This document shows positions 49,472 through 62,723 of a stretch of 64,000 bases of DNA, in pieces. Where the stretch lies: the NCBI GenBank assembly GCA_026026165.1, contig JAPEUD010000003.1, positions 186,001 through 250,000 on the forward strand. Direction: 5' to 3'. The first letter of the stretch is position 1, and every line of letters begins with the position of its first letter. Made by a program: the position numbers and the translations under genes. The notes under the pieces were generated by a model that did not search any database, had not been told where the DNA came from, and was given only the letters and a program-made list of their open reading frames with translations. The stretch is from Sarea resinae (Eukaryota).

Positions 49472-50630
49472 TCGAGGATTGGTTGGATGCGGTCGTCTTT
49501 GTTCTTTGCTTCGAAGCCACATTCTACGTACTGACATACATACATACGACTGGCTCATGTACGGAGCATCACCGTAGCTCGAAGGTCTCGACTGCCCGGT
49601 GGAAGAAAGAGAGATCATAAATCGATGTGATGATGTGCGATTACAGTAGACTCTGCATGGCAAGCTATTCGACTGCCTACTGCACCCCCCGATCATTACC
49701 TTAGAGTTCGATACCTCGAGTACCTAATTATAGATGTCAAGTCAAGACAATGTGTGGATCCGACAGTGGATTTTGAGGTTTGCTAGTCAACCCTCCCAAG
49801 CCATTCTCTCCTCTCCTCTCCTTTTCTCCTCTTCTCCTCCTTTGGATCCCGCCTTTTCCTCTCTGGTTTGTCCATTCGAGGGTGGTGGGTTGGATCGCGC
49901 ACTGGATGGGCCATGGGCGCCCCATCTGTGTGGGGTGGGGTGATACGACCAGGGGGCCGGGGACTGGCTGTGCAGTAAAGTGAATATCGCCCGTACAGGA
50001 AGCAAAGTGACCAGAGAGTCTGTCCAGTCTCGATCCTTGCACCATCGCTAGCTTCACTCCCACACGATTCTCCCAGCACGCCGATACATACCACAGATAC
50101 ACCTAGATCAAAGAGTGGCACTTTCCGATGATAGCTTCACAGCATTGTTCTTATCATAAGTAGCGCGGAAAACGAAAAGTGCTTAGGTACACTGTGATGG
50201 AGAAAAATATCATAACGCCAAGAGAAAATGTCGCCATTCCTGCCTTCGCTCCAGAGTCCATAGTACGCCAAATCCCGTCAACGAAAGAGCCGAACGAGAG
50301 GTCTTGCGCCTTTAGATGAAAAATCTCGAATCAATAGAGCCGACAGAAGGCCGCGAAGATCTACGGATCGTAACGCCATTTCCGCATTGAAGGAGTAGAT
50401 TGGGATAGAAGGGAAAATCGAAGGGAGGATGAGTCTCACGGAGAACAGAAAAAATGCTAGAGACGACGTCGGAGGCGAAGATAGCTCTGGCCGTACGATA
50501 GCAGTGATGCGCAGAAGGAGATATCATCCAGAGCCGAAACGAAGATGATGCATGAATCGTATCGTTTAACGCGGATGAGAAGGGAGTTGGGTCGAGGTCG
50601 AGCAAGCCCACAGGGAAAGACGGCTAAAGG

Positions 50631-52389
50631 TCAAATCTGACCCTTAATGTCCACTCGTTTGAATGCAGCTGATTTGGCAGACTCGAAGATGGAACCAGCC
50701 TTTCCCGTAAGAAGACGCACTCCATCTTCGCGTTCCTCAAGAAGACCTTCGCCTTGATATTGGACCAAGAACTGTACACTCTCACCATCTGACTCGAAAC
50801 CGAGTTCCTCGGTGATAAATCGAAGTCTCACATCGGGCTTATATCTGGTGGCGGTCAGCTGAGAGTCCTTCGAAAGCGAAGATGACAACACTTACGCTTT
50901 GCATATATTGGCCAGAGCAGCTAATCGCTCGCGAACAATGAACATATCCATAAGATATGCACCCATGTTCGGAGTGTCGAGATACAGCTGGAAGAATCTA
51001 TGATAATTTCCCAAAGCCAAAGCTGATCGAACATCTAAGGCATGCTTCACTGCTGTCTCCTTCTTTTCTGCTGGGGTTAGATCTGCCAACACATCGTTCA
51101 TGTCGGTCCGGTTGCACGTATGAATGAAATAAAGAATACGATATGCCTTGAACTCTGTGGGATGTCCTCCGAGATTCTGGGAATAGAGCGCGCGTAGCTG
51201 GGTCTGACACTGATTATACTCACCAAGGTCCCCCTTCTCAAGCGCTATACGTGCATGAATCTCATAAACGTTGACGGTAAACTCGCTCTTGATGTGCTGT
51301 ACGGTCAAATCCTGGCGCAATGATTTGAATTGGTCGCAGATGTATCCGTAATTATTCTCTTTCCTCCATTTCTTCTTCAGGTGCTCCAAGGTTCTCTCAA
51401 GCACCGGAAGAGGGCGCACGTTGTCAGGGTTTGGAGCAGCGGTGAGTCTGAAGTACTTCTTCTCCAGATCCTGGTTCCTGCCTACAACTGGGCCGGTCTC
51501 GGCATCAGGCATGGGAGAATCATCGTTGGGCGACGAGTAACCTTGTGGCGAGTGCATTCCCGGCCGGCCATTCTCAAATCGCTTCTTTCGCTTCTCCAGA
51601 TTGCTCTGGGACTTACTATCTTTAATAGCCCGTACCTCCTCTTGAAGTCTTCGCTGGCGTTTGTCGGCCTTTGAATTTGGCGTTGCAACGGGAAATGTAC
51701 CTGGGGAGGGGTGGGTAATTCGATCTTCAAAAATATTACGCCCATTAGTTTTACGCCAGGGGGGTTGGATGTCTTCCTTTTCGGTCGGGCTGGACAGGCC
51801 AGAAGACTTTCGCTTCTTGGAATATACGACGCCCGTGGAATCGCGCGCGGGAGCGGCGGAGAAAGTCTCGCCCCAGGGAGCTCCGTGGGGAGCCATCAAA
51901 GGCTTCGACCTCTCGCTTTGGATCATTTGTTGGGGCAGAGGCAAAGCATCCCAGTCAATCGTATGCAGTGTGTCATTTTCCGCAGCCTCCGTAATGACAT
52001 GTTTGAGTTTCCTCTCCATGTCTTCTCTAGCGATACCGGGAATACTGTTTTCGGGCACGAATGATCTTTGGACATACTGACGCACAGGGGCTGGCCAGTC
52101 TATCTTTTTGGGCTGCGGCGGTGAGGCAGACATGTTGGAATGCTGTGGATGGGGTGGAATATGATGTTGGGCCTGCGATAGTTCATTAGCTGGATCTCTT
52201 CGGCGGTCAAGAAGAGGCACTCACGGTTTGGTCTGGAGGTGGAACGCGTGTTAGGTTACGTCGAGCCGCGACGGTCGTGAAAGCTGTATCGGCCAGGCCG
52301 TGTGATTGATATCCTGGAGCGAAAGCAGGGCCGGGCATACTATGGACCTCTGAAGGACCTGCTCGCCACGGTGGCGCCGCCATAGACAT
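50631..52389 (-). CDS. THP3: SAC3/GANP-domain (PCI) protein, Thp3/LENG8-like
   Basis: Exons 52389-52225, 52172-50896, 50844-50631 (first-exon structure less certain). Motifs WPAPVRQYVQRSF, LEKKYFRLTAAPNPDNVRP, YICDQFKSLRQDLTVQ, VYEIHARIALEKGDLGEYNQCQTQL. Confidence 0.88.
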
Positions 52390-52890
52390 GTGCAATAGTG
52401 TCAGCAAGGCGAGAGAGGATTCAGCGATGATGTACTGGAGATTAGTCACAGGGTGAGAGGACAAAGGCACGAAAGGCGATGGCAGTAGACGTGTTTTTGA
52501 TACGACCTGGAAAGAAAGTCGCGTTAAGGTGTTGAACAAGGTGGAAAAGTGTGGTGGAAAAGACGGAACGGTGAAGGAGGAAAGAGGGTGAGTTGAGTTC
52601 AGAAGTGGGAGGCGTGAGGTGGTGGTTGCCGATCGAACGTAGGCGAGACTGTCTTTCACGTCTCTCACCGTCTCCTTCAAAGAAACCCTCAACTTGGCAA
52701 GACAGCCGACTCGCTTTTCAACACACCGTTACCCTGACAGGGTACCTCACTCATCGTCATCATAGTCATCACGTCCCGCAATCTTCATCCATATCACTAC
52801 TATTATCCCACTCACGACCGGCTACGACCACAATAACTCGTGCTTAATAGCTGAAAGCAGACTGTCGACCGATCTAGAAACTTCAACTGC

Positions 52891-54962
52891 ATGTCCTTTC
52901 GGCAGATCGACTTGACCACTGCTTTACGACCTTCTCTCTTGCCAGATGAGACTTTATTGTTTGTGCAGGATGCGGTAGGCATATATGAGGGGTACGTGAC
53001 CTGACTTCGCGCCCTACAACGCGCGCCTTGTTGCTCGCTGAGCCTTCTCCAAAACGGATTGCGCCAAATAAAGACATCAGCTAAGGGCCTTAGGAAGTAC
53101 AAGCTCCCTCACCTTCAGAATGGCCAAGCATACTTGACCTCACATCGAGCTTGCTACGTCGATCACAACGAGCCGCGGAAAAATTCAGTCGCCATCGAGC
53201 TTAAAGATATTGAACGCTACGAATTTTACGTAAGATATTGGGGTTATGCTCGTGAAGTCCTAAATCTGACATCTTGTAGGCTGGCTTCCTCAAATCTTCA
53301 CCTAAGGTAACCTTCTACTTTAAGGCCCCTAAACCCTCGTTGGCTTTGTACCGAAACTCTTCGACGATACTCGACCCTCCTTTCCGGAAGTCGAATACTC
53401 CTCCCGCTGCTCCACGGACGGAACCACCTTCCCGCCTACCTTCTTCTCCAGCGCCTCCACTGGGACACAATGCTACTTGGATATGCCCAATCTGCTCCTT
53501 TTCTAACCCTATCCCGTCAAATTTCGACCCCGTCACGGCTAATGCTCATACCCCGCTCCCGCCGTGTTTGGCATGTGGCATCAAACCACCTCTAGCTCAT
53601 GTCGTGAAAGCAGCCATTTCCGATGTAAGAAATCGACAGTCGTCACCAGCCCTCGACTCTCCGTCTCAACCGCTTTTAGAGTCTCATAGACTATCAGAAG
53701 GCAGTAACGTCTATGCCGACGAGGTGATCAACTCTAGTCCCGCACCACCAGAAAGGGGATCAGGTTTCTCGTGTCCGCGATGCACGTTTCTTAACCATCC
53801 ATCACTCTCAATATGCGAGATATGTGGGGCCCCATTAGTGTCGGCTGGCACAGTGCGTCCAAAAAGAGAAGGGGTTGCTGATTATCGAGCGGATTCACCC
53901 GGCCCCGTGCTGAATGGATCTATAGGTGATCAAGCAGATAGTGTGAAATTTTCTTTTCGCGGAGGCGGAGAAAGGATCTTCTACGAGCGTCTCAAAGGGG
54001 CAATGGTACAGCGAAAATGGCTTCTGCAAGGCGCGCCTCCAATACCAAAGCCTGTGCGTCCTGTATCTGCCAATGCAAGCTCTCAGACTTCAGCTCGCAA
54101 CGCCGAGCTCGTTCAAGATTCTCCTGCACGAACAAGAGTTACGGGAGGTATAGCAGGTCTCGAGCGGCGTGGCCAGGAGCAGAGAAAGAATAATGAGCGC
54201 GTTATAGGCAACGCTTTCGAGGATCTCGAAGCTTTGATGGCGTCCGCAAAGGAGGTCGTTGCGCTGGCAGAATCTTTTGCTGCTAAAGTCAATACAACCA
54301 CCAATGCAGGGTCCTCGGAAGCCAGTACACTGCTGTCACAGTCTGCATCTGCTTTGGGTCTCGTGACTACTAAAGACATGCTTGGGTCCGGGAGCAGTTC
54401 GGAGTCTCTTTATCTGTCTGAATTGTCGAGAAACCTGGCCGAATTCCTTACAGATGATGTTACGGGAGTCTTGCGTCGAGAAGGAGGTATCATGAGTTTA
54501 GTCGACTTATGGGCCGTCTTCAACCGTGCCAGAGGCGGGGTCGAATTGGTGAGTCCTGCCGACTTTCACCACGCAGCTGCTCTTTGGGAAAAGTTGAAGC
54601 TGCCAGTACGGTTGAGAAAGTTCAAGAGTGGCCTGCTTGTTGTACAGGGCCGTGAGTGGAATGATCATAAGATAATTGCGAGTCTGCTCGCCTGGCTCCG
54701 AGAACTTCACGCCTCGATACCACCAGGGGAGTCTAAGTGGGACTGGAGTCTCTTCGGGAGAGGAATAACGCCTCAAGAGACAGCGGAGAAGTTTGGTTGG
54801 AGTGTAGGAGTCGCAACTGAGGAATTGGAGATGGCAGAAGATAACGGTGCGATGTGTCGTGAAGAGAGCGTTGAGGGGGTCAGATTCTGGGTCAATTGGA
54901 TCACCGGAAGGGATGAATCTTGGGAGACATTCAGCCGAGGACTTCAAGACCTCAGCGTCTGA
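52891..54962 (+). CDS. VPS36: ESCRT-II subunit Vps36 (split GLUE domain with two NZF zinc fingers, EAP30/winged-helix C-terminus), 3 exons
   Basis: Exons 52891-52991, 53094-53229, 53280-54962. IDLTTALRPSLLPDETLLFVQD, YLTSHRACY, AGFLKSSPKV, WICPICSFSN...CLACG, CPRCTFLNHPSLSICEICG, AFEDLEALM, NRARGGVELVSP. Confidence 0.94.
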
Positions 54963-55499
54963 GGCCGTGCCTCAATCACATCATCTCCAAACTTCACCGT
55001 GGGCAAAGCTTCATGCGCCTTGCTGCTATAGCTGAACGGTCAACACGCTCGGTAGGCTCAAGCCTCACTCTACGACATACCTGGGAAGCCTCTAAACATG
55101 AAAGAATATGAATTGATAGAATATTGGCTTGATGGGTTTGATCGCAAGATGAGATTCACAAGCTCAATCGTGTCACCTCAAGGTCGGGTATTTGTACCTT
55201 AATTTGACATTTGCATCCATCCGGTATCCTCCGTAGTCGGAGGTGCTCGGCAGGTCTCACCACCTCGTAAAGTTCTGCCGTGATATCATGTCCAATCCCA
55301 AAACATGCATGAGTCAACATCGACCAGTACTACTCTCTAGATTTCATGAAGCGTGAGGCAGCAGGAGATCATCTTTTCGGGTTTTGAGGTTAGAAGTGCG
55401 CAGCATCATATTCACTCGTCAGGGTAGCAATGCATTGAGAATTCTGTCATCCAATCTCGCAACACGATTCTGAGCTGCCAATATCGAAAGACCAGCGCC

Positions 55500-56610
55500 A
55501 TGAGTGATGTTGAGGGCGTGCCCGGCGCCGACATTGCTACGCCGCCGCTGCCAGCGAAACGTCGAGGAGAGCTCGAGAGTAGCTCCAGCAACATCAGCGT
55601 CCAAGAGCATAAACGATCGTGGAACACGCGGAATCTGGGTCTTCGACTAGGTTCAGACGTTGCTGCCGCAGCCAGTGCGGGCGCCCTTGTGGCGCCCATC
55701 ATTACTGTGATTGACAGGTATGGAAATATACTGGAGGAGGCATCCCCTGGGATGAGAGGTTTTCATCTGAAGGAGGACTGCTAGAAAGACACCAAGTCGC
55801 TCGTTGCTGACACGATTACCTTTCTGAATTAGGAGCATCATCGAGAACGCATCGGGTCGCGCCCCTCTGATCTCGAGCATCAAGTCCTCCCTCCAGGATG
55901 CGCTTCTCCGCCCGCACAGATTCGTATTCTGCAAGCCCTTTGGCCTTATCTACGTATGAGAACTTACCACGCCGTGCACTGATCAAATCAAGAAACTCAC
56001 CATATGCCCGTCGGCTTTTCTCCCCCCATAGCTCCTTTACTTTGGCACCTACCTCACCTCCAACGCGCTCGATACCGTCTCCTCGACACTCACCCCATCA
56101 TCTGCCTCTACTACCACTTCGGGAGCCCCTAAATTTATCGCCACCTCCACCGCAAATCTCTCTCTGTGCCTCTACAAAGACCAGGCCTTCACTAAACTCT
56201 TCGGCGCCTCAACCTCTTCCCCGCGTCCCATACCCAAAGCATCGTATGCCCTTTTCGCTCTGCGCGATTGCCTGACCATCTTCGCGTCTTTCAACGTCCC
56301 GCCCTTGCTCGCGCCCTTGCTGCCGCTCAGCCACTCCGTCGAAGAAACCGTCTCGAGGGCTAGCATAGCGCAGTTCATCGCCCCCGCTGCCGTGCAGCTC
56401 GTCAGTACACCGCTGCACCTGCTGGGGCTGGATCTGTATAACAGGCCCGCTGGCGAGAAGGTGAATTGGACGAGTCGGTTGAGTAAAGTGAGGAAAGACT
56501 GGCTCGTGTCCTGCGCGGCTAGGGTCGGGCGTATCGTGCCGGCGTTCGGGATGGGCGGTGTAGTCAACGCGGGAGTAAGGGCACGGCTGATGGGACGATT
56601 GGAGCAGTGA
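55500..56610 (+). CDS. Conserved fungal multi-pass membrane protein of unknown function, probably mitochondrial (resembles the S. pombe C365.16-like orphan family), 3 exons
   Basis: Exons 55500-55717, 55833-55953, 56032-56610. WNTRNLGLRLGSDVAAAASAGALVAPIITVIDRSIIENASG, LLYFGTYLTSN, LFALRDCLTIFASFNVP, QLVSTPLHLLGLDLYNRP, RIVPAFGMGGVVN. Confidence 0.82.
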
Positions 56611-57226
56611 GATCTTTCCCCGTCTACTTTTGATGGGCTAGCTCTATCGACAGCTTATCACTTCTTGAGCTTCGTCATATGCCTAACTCTGGCGGTTTTT
56701 CTGTATCATTTTTGCAATCCTCGGCCGTTTGTTGTATGTTTTTTTCCGATTCCCCTCATTTCCACGCATACCATCCGGGAATACATAATAGACCAGACTT
56801 CGTCAGGGGCTGGATAGTTGGCGGGCTCGACGCATCAACTTTGGCGTTTCTTGCACGGCCGGACGGACAGGCATTGTAGCATGGACTGTAGATAGTTTCC
56901 ACGGTATTACACAGCATAAGCATAATCCAAAACGGCGCTTTGATCTTCGAACATATGCCCCTACTTCGGATGGTTACATATTGGGAACGTTTAATTTATC
57001 AGGTCAATACGTCATGCTGGGCTGGATTTCGTGGAAATGTGATAAAAAAAGCCCGGAGAGAGATTGAAACAAGAAAAATGCTAGCAGGGCCGCCATTTGT
57101 AATGAAATCCCCGCTTCCCAGATGCCCAATCCTATCATGCAAATGACGCCGAAATACGGATATATCGACCCTCCCTCGCCGTTAGCCCTCGAAATGGCAT
57201 CCCGTCTTATCCACACAGAACGAATC

Positions 57227-58224
57227 TCACATGTCTATCAGATCGGGCACAGCGGGCCCAACACCCCTGAGCAAAACCGCCGTGTTCCCGCTCGTAAAGG
57301 CATCGCCGACCTTCTCGCCAAACTCCAGCAGGCGTCCGCCCTCGACGTGAAAGACCCTCAATTTGTCCTCCTCGCCGCCGCCGCGATTATTCACGTTCTG
57401 CACCTGCAGGCCCTTGGCAGCCTCGTCGAGCATGCGGCCGACGGTCCAGTCGGCCGAGTAGAAGAAGTCGCCCTTGGGGAACTTGGACTTGGTCGTCGTG
57501 GCTTCGGCCTCGATATGCAGGTAGATGCGCTTCTCGGGCGCGATCTTGGCGTTGCCCTTGGCGCTCTTCTTCAGCGCGTTCAGCGCCACCATGCGCTCGG
57601 CGGCGCTGGACTTCTTCTTCGGCAGCACCGTGTCGCGCTTGGCGCGGCCCCAGGCGGCGAACTTGTCGAGCGCGTGGCGCGCCCGTTCGGCTTGCTGCGA
57701 CTGCAGGGCCGAGGGCCGCGCGCCGAGCGGCGTGAGCTTGGCGCAGTCGTGGTCTTCGCGCAGCCGGTGCTTGAGGCAGTATTGTCGGTTGCAGAGCCCG
57801 CAGTGCACGCCTGTGTTGCCGAGGGTATTGATGACTGTTTTGCAGGCGGGGTGGGCGCACGGCGCTGGGTGTGGTTGTGCTGTTGTTAAAGGCTTATTGG
57901 CGGACGAGGAGAGGAGGCCGAGGGACTGTTTTCGGCGGGCGGCGGCCCAGGCGCCGGCGTTGGCGCATTTGTGAGAGGTTTCGGTGCGGTGGTCGAGGCA
58001 AAAGGTTCTATGAGAGTGGAGATGTTAGCTTCATGTTTGGTCTGGATTGTGTGTTTCTGACGGACGAGACATTACCCTTTACAGCTCTCGCATCGGAAGG
58101 GAAGGAAGTCGAGTTGGTGGCAGTATGCGAATTGGCAGTGTGCGCCTATGGCGTCGAGATCAGCCTTGTCCATGGTAGTGAAACTTGAGGGCTCGGTGGC
58201 CGAGGAGGAGGAAGATGAGGCCAT
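57227..58224 (-). CDS. CUZ1: AN1-type zinc-finger protein with C-terminal ubiquitin-like domain (Cuz1/ZFAND1-like), 2 exons
   Basis: Exons 58224-58076 and 58007-57227. IGAHCQFAYCHQLDFLPFRCESCKGTFCLDHR...HKC; second AN1 finger HCGLCNRQYCLKHRLREDHDC; C-terminal WTVGRMLDEAA. Confidence 0.88.
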
Positions 58225-58676
58225 CTTTTCGGCGGAAGCAGTCCTGACGGCGCTTTTGAATGCTTGCAAGTGGCGTCGATATAGTAGATAGATGGCTGAA
58301 TAATGCTAGATTACGATATATGGTATGAGTGTTGTGAGCGTGTCGTATCCGCCACAGGCACAGGCACAGGCAACGGCGGCGGCGTCGTCAGCGGCAAGTG
58401 ACGCCGAAAGTCCGATTATTGATCTTCGTGGAGCGAGAATCTGCCAGAACATCATGGGGCGGTGAGATGCGTTTACCGGTGCTGGAGGTAGAGACGGCGG
58501 TATTTCGTGTGCTTGGTACCTTTTGCGCGTAGGCTTTGACGCGGGGAACAGTGGGGCGGCCCTACCTTATCACTCCTTTATCTATATCTTTGCCCCATAT
58601 GAGGGTTTCCATTCAGGTGAATTCAGGAAAAAGAATCGCCCTACAGCAGCATCTCCACATCCGCTCTACAGCAGAC

Positions 58677-59988
58677 ATGGGAGGCATCTTCTCCAGAGAA
58701 TCAACCGCTAGCAGGGAGCCTATCCGCATAGTCAACTGCAGCGGCCATCCTTATGAGGTTAGCTCTCTGAAGACCATCGGCACCTTTTACACGGACATTG
58801 TAACTAACTCGAAGATTGCCTCTGGCAGATTGGCTTCCAACATGGAAAAGAGGCCGCTCAGCATATCCATCGGTCCTTGCTTTTCTACAAGGCTCTGTTC
58901 AAAAAAACATCGAACCTAGAATGGCCCGCCGTATGCGAGACTGCACTGCGTTTCCTCCCACTGCTCAAGCAGGGATGGCAACAGTACGTGGATGAGATGA
59001 AAGGTGCAGTAACCTTTTCATCTGAAAAGCTCCTTGCTCATTGCAATCGTCACCAAAGGCGTAGCAGAAGGCGCAGGCGTAGATTTCGAATCTATACTGG
59101 CCTTGAATGTTCGTACGGAGATCGCCTACGGCATGGCGACAGACGGATGCACTGTATTGTCGTGGAAAGCAGGAGAAGCTAGCTTCCTAGCTCAGAATTG
59201 GGACGTAGGTTGCTTTGATCTCCCTGAATGTCGAAAGTTCACATGAATGACCCCGTTCGAATTGATTGCAACAGTGGCAGCACGAACAAAAAGAGAATCT
59301 CATTTGCTTGAAGATACAACAACAAGGCAAGCCTATCACCATTCACATGATCACCGAGGCAGGTATTATTGGTAAGATAGGCCTCAATTCGGCCGGGGTT
59401 GGGGTGACTTTGAATGCTATCAAAGCTCACGGCGTGGATTATTCACGATTACCTGTTCACTTGGCGCTGCGGACGGTACTGGAGAGCTCTTCGGTTAAGG
59501 AGGCAATGGGAAGGCTGAAGGAGTCGGGCGTGGCATCTGCGTGCCATATCACAGTGGCAGACTGTGAAGGTGGGCTAGGCCTCGAGTGTAGTTCTGCCGA
59601 CATTGTACCTCTCGAAATGACGGACGGCAAGACGACTCATACGAATCACTACCTTGCCAGCCATGGAGACATACAGGATATCATGTACTTGCCGGACACT
59701 GTTTTCAGGCTGCAGCGGATCCGAGAACTTGTGCGTGATGCCGAGCAGTCAAATGCCGAACCGTCAACGGAGAGAATCAGCACGCTCTTCAAGGATGAGA
59801 AGAACTATCCGGCGTCCATCTGCAGGGCAGAAGCCAACGGTAGCACCGAGGCGACACTATTCAACATCGTCATGGATCTCAAGAACAAGAAAGCAACGGT
59901 AGCCATAGGACGGCCGACGCAAGCCGACGAAACTCTGCTATTGAATCCCATCAGCCAAACTACGGATGCTGCACAAGTAGACGCATGA
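58677..59988 (+). CDS. Peptidase C45 / isopenicillin-N-acyltransferase-like Ntn hydrolase (AAT family), 4 exons
   Basis: Exons 58677-58757, 58829-59003, 59059-59204, 59275-59988. CSGHPYEIGFQHG, ILALNVRTEIAYG, autoprocessing site DG/CT, LAQNWD, TEAGIIGKIGLNSAGVGVTLNA, HTNHY, ATLFNIVMDL. Confidence 0.9.
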
Positions 59989-60142
59989 ATTGTATTCCAG
60001 AATCTCTATCAGCGATAGGTTCAATTGATGCTTGACGATTGGAATGCACATCATAATGTACATGGCGATGACCGGCTCATGCCTCTATCATGGTATCCAT
60101 CATGACCCGTCCAGCCCTCGCCCGCACGCAAACAACATCGTC

Positions 60143-60508
60143 CTAGTGCTTCGCCTCCTTCGCCTCGGCCTCGGCCTTCTTGATGAAGTCCCTGCATCAA
60201 AGCGATCAGTAATGTGTGACCGGTGATCCGGGGAATAGACGCCTACTGTATGAAGTTCTCCTCTTCCGGGCTCGTAGCGTTGATTGGGGGGCCCTGTTCC
60301 TTCTTCTTCTCGCCGCCGCTCAGGGACAGAGTGGCAATGCCAGCTGTTGCTCCGAGAGTGATCATCGCGAGCTGCAGTGAGCATCGTCAGCAATCGTGAT
60401 CCGGCTGAAGGGAGTGAGGGATGACACGGGCGATCAGCCTGTTTAACGGGGCGCTCATACCACGTGGGATCCGAATTGCCGGCCGGCAATAGTGTAGCTG
60501 ACAACCAT
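60143..60508 (-). CDS. ATP19: Mitochondrial ATP synthase subunit k, 3 exons (not in the ORF track)
   Basis: Exons 60508-60461, 60371-60247, 60191-60143. Product: MVVSYTIAGRQFGSHVLAMITLGATAGIATLSLSGGEKKKEQGPPINATSPEEENFIQDFIKKAEAEAKEAKH*. Confidence 0.9.
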
Positions 60509-60866
60509 GGTGAAGAATTGAGGGCGAGGAGAGTCGTTACTCGAGTGGTCTGTAGAGTTGCAAAGGCAATTGGAGCTGCGACGTGGACAGGAGAGGAGAG
60601 GAGAGGAGATGTTTGCTTTGATTGCACGTCGGTGGGATAGACGTTCAGAATTCCTGTCGGCAAAGCTTCGATGGGAAGATGACTAAGCGGGGCTCTAACC
60701 GCGACGGCGACGATGATGATGTCTACCTCTTACCTGTTATCCGAGCCGCCGCCGAACGGACTGGAAATCAATAAAAGCTTCAAAATATATTCCTTGCTCT
60801 GACTCTCCTCTTTCTGTTCCTCAATCCCACAATACGGCACAAAGCATCTGACAACAAACACGGGCC

Positions 60867-61985
60867 ATGGCGAAAGGAGACAAGCCCGACGGGGGGCAAG
60901 ATATTCCCTCGGAAGTCGCAAAGCACTCTCCACGGGAACGATTGCCTCAAAGCTTACAAAGGCTGGTCGACAACGAAGAGCATCTGGGCGAATCCATCTA
61001 CGACGGGACGTGAGTGGCCCTCGTCCCAACCTTTAGATGACCATTTCTCAATCCTTCCATATCACATCCATGCCTTTTTTCTTTTTGCCCCAACCCCATC
61101 CGCCACGCAAGCAAATTGATACCGCGAGACCACCGCAAACTAACATGCCCTCGCAGCGCCAATGAATCCACCGAGTCCAATATCCGCTACGCCGCCTACG
61201 CAACCCGCATCCGCACTATCCTCCTCAGCGCGCACCGCTACGTAGCCTACACATCAGACATTGGAGAATCCTTCCGGCCGGTGGCGCACCCGTACCTCGT
61301 ACGCGGAGCTTACGGCATCTCGTGGGCCTACATCGCCGGCGACGTCTCGTACGAAGGATACAAAGCCTACCTTCGAAACCAGCGCGTGCTGCATCCGGAG
61401 CGCCAGCCGCACGAGGCCAGCAAGACATCCGCGCTCACGACGGCCGTGGAGACGACGGCCGAGAAGATCGCCGAGCCCATTGCCTCGACGCTGGGTGCCG
61501 TCGTTCCGGAGACGTCCGAGGGCAAGCCCGTGCCCCACGTGCCGGCGCTCGAGGACTACAGGACCGTCATGGCGCAGCGGGCTATCTTCCAGGCCGTGGC
61601 CAGCATGGGATTCCCCGCCTTCACCATCCATAGCATCGTCAAGTATTCGGGGAAAGCGTTACGGAATGCCAAAAACACAACCATCAGAACCTACGGGCCC
61701 ATCGGTGTATGTTATTTTCCTCCCTTATCCCTGCCCCCCCTCTTTCCTCTAAGCCAACACCCCCACTAACGCACCCTCCCACAGCTCGGCTTAGCAGCCG
61801 TACCCTTCCTGCCCTACCTATTCGACAAGCCCATCGAAGAAGCCGTCGAATGGTCCTTCCACCGCGCCTTCCTCACCATCGGCGGTCCCTCGGCCGTCGG
61901 CCACGCGCCGAGCATGGGCCGCGAAGACGCCCTGCACGAGAAGATCGCGCCGCCCTCGCACAAGGAGAAGGAGAAAGAGCTGTAG
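60867..61985 (+). CDS. MTFP1: Mitochondrial fission process protein 1 (MTP18/MTFP1 family), 3 exons
   Basis: Exons 60867-61009, 61157-61706, 61785-61985. RYAAY...RYVAYTSDIGESFRPV, AYGISWAYIAGDV, RAIFQAVASMGFPAFTIH, GLGLAAVPFLPYLFDKPIEEAVE. Confidence 0.88.
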
Positions 61986-62264
61986 TGTAGCTTTGGATCA
62001 ATCGATCGACCTCGGGCTAGGGACTGCGCGTAAGCGACAGAAGAACAAAACGAAACCAAAAATTAAGGCGTGCGCTCAATGGGCATCGGAAAGGGTTGTA
62101 GGGCCGTTTTTTTTTTTCACGTTCGCGTGGCCGTGGCCACGGTCTCGAGTAGAGTCTCTGTAATCCTCTTCTTACCTTAGCTAGCTCCCCTGGTAGCTCC
62201 TTGTCTACCTGTCCGCCTATCTGCCTATCCTATCCGGCTCACTTGGCGCATTGGGGAGAAGGGA

Positions 62265-62298
<34 letters not shown>

Positions 62299-62699
62299 AG
62301 GGAGGAACGCACGGAGGGGTGGTCATCCGGTCCGCTATCCACATGCACCCCCATCAGGTGGGCAGGCGGGCGGGCGGGCATGAGTCTCGGTGCATGATCT
62401 TGGCGTTGGTGGATCTTTCTCTCTTTCTCTCTCTATATACTGTACAGACATACACTATACGCACACATACATACGCACACACATACGCACACATACACAT
62501 ACACACGTACACATAAGAAACAGTAATCCACATTGCAAAACAAAACCCAAGGTCTCGAAATCTAGCATTGTGCACGCAGAGTTTGAGAAGTTCTATATGT
62601 CTGCTTGGCTCAAACCCTTTATGACCTCGAAATCTTTTCCATCTTTTTCCTGGTTCTCTACCTGTTCTGAACCTAAGAAAGATAGCAGCGCAAAAGGGA

Positions 62700-62723
62700 G
62701 GGGGGGGGGGGGGGGGGGGGGGG
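62700..62723 (+). repeat. G24 homopolymer
   Basis: Direct read of the sequence. Confidence 0.9.

Noticed and set aside
57122..57974. Plus-strand ORFs of 255 and 149 aa
   Set aside because: Antisense to the GC3-rich CUZ1-like exon.
58677..59988. Penicillin biosynthetic cluster suggested by the IAT-like gene
   Set aside because: No ACV synthetase or isopenicillin N synthase in the window, neighbours are housekeeping genes, and there is no PTS1.
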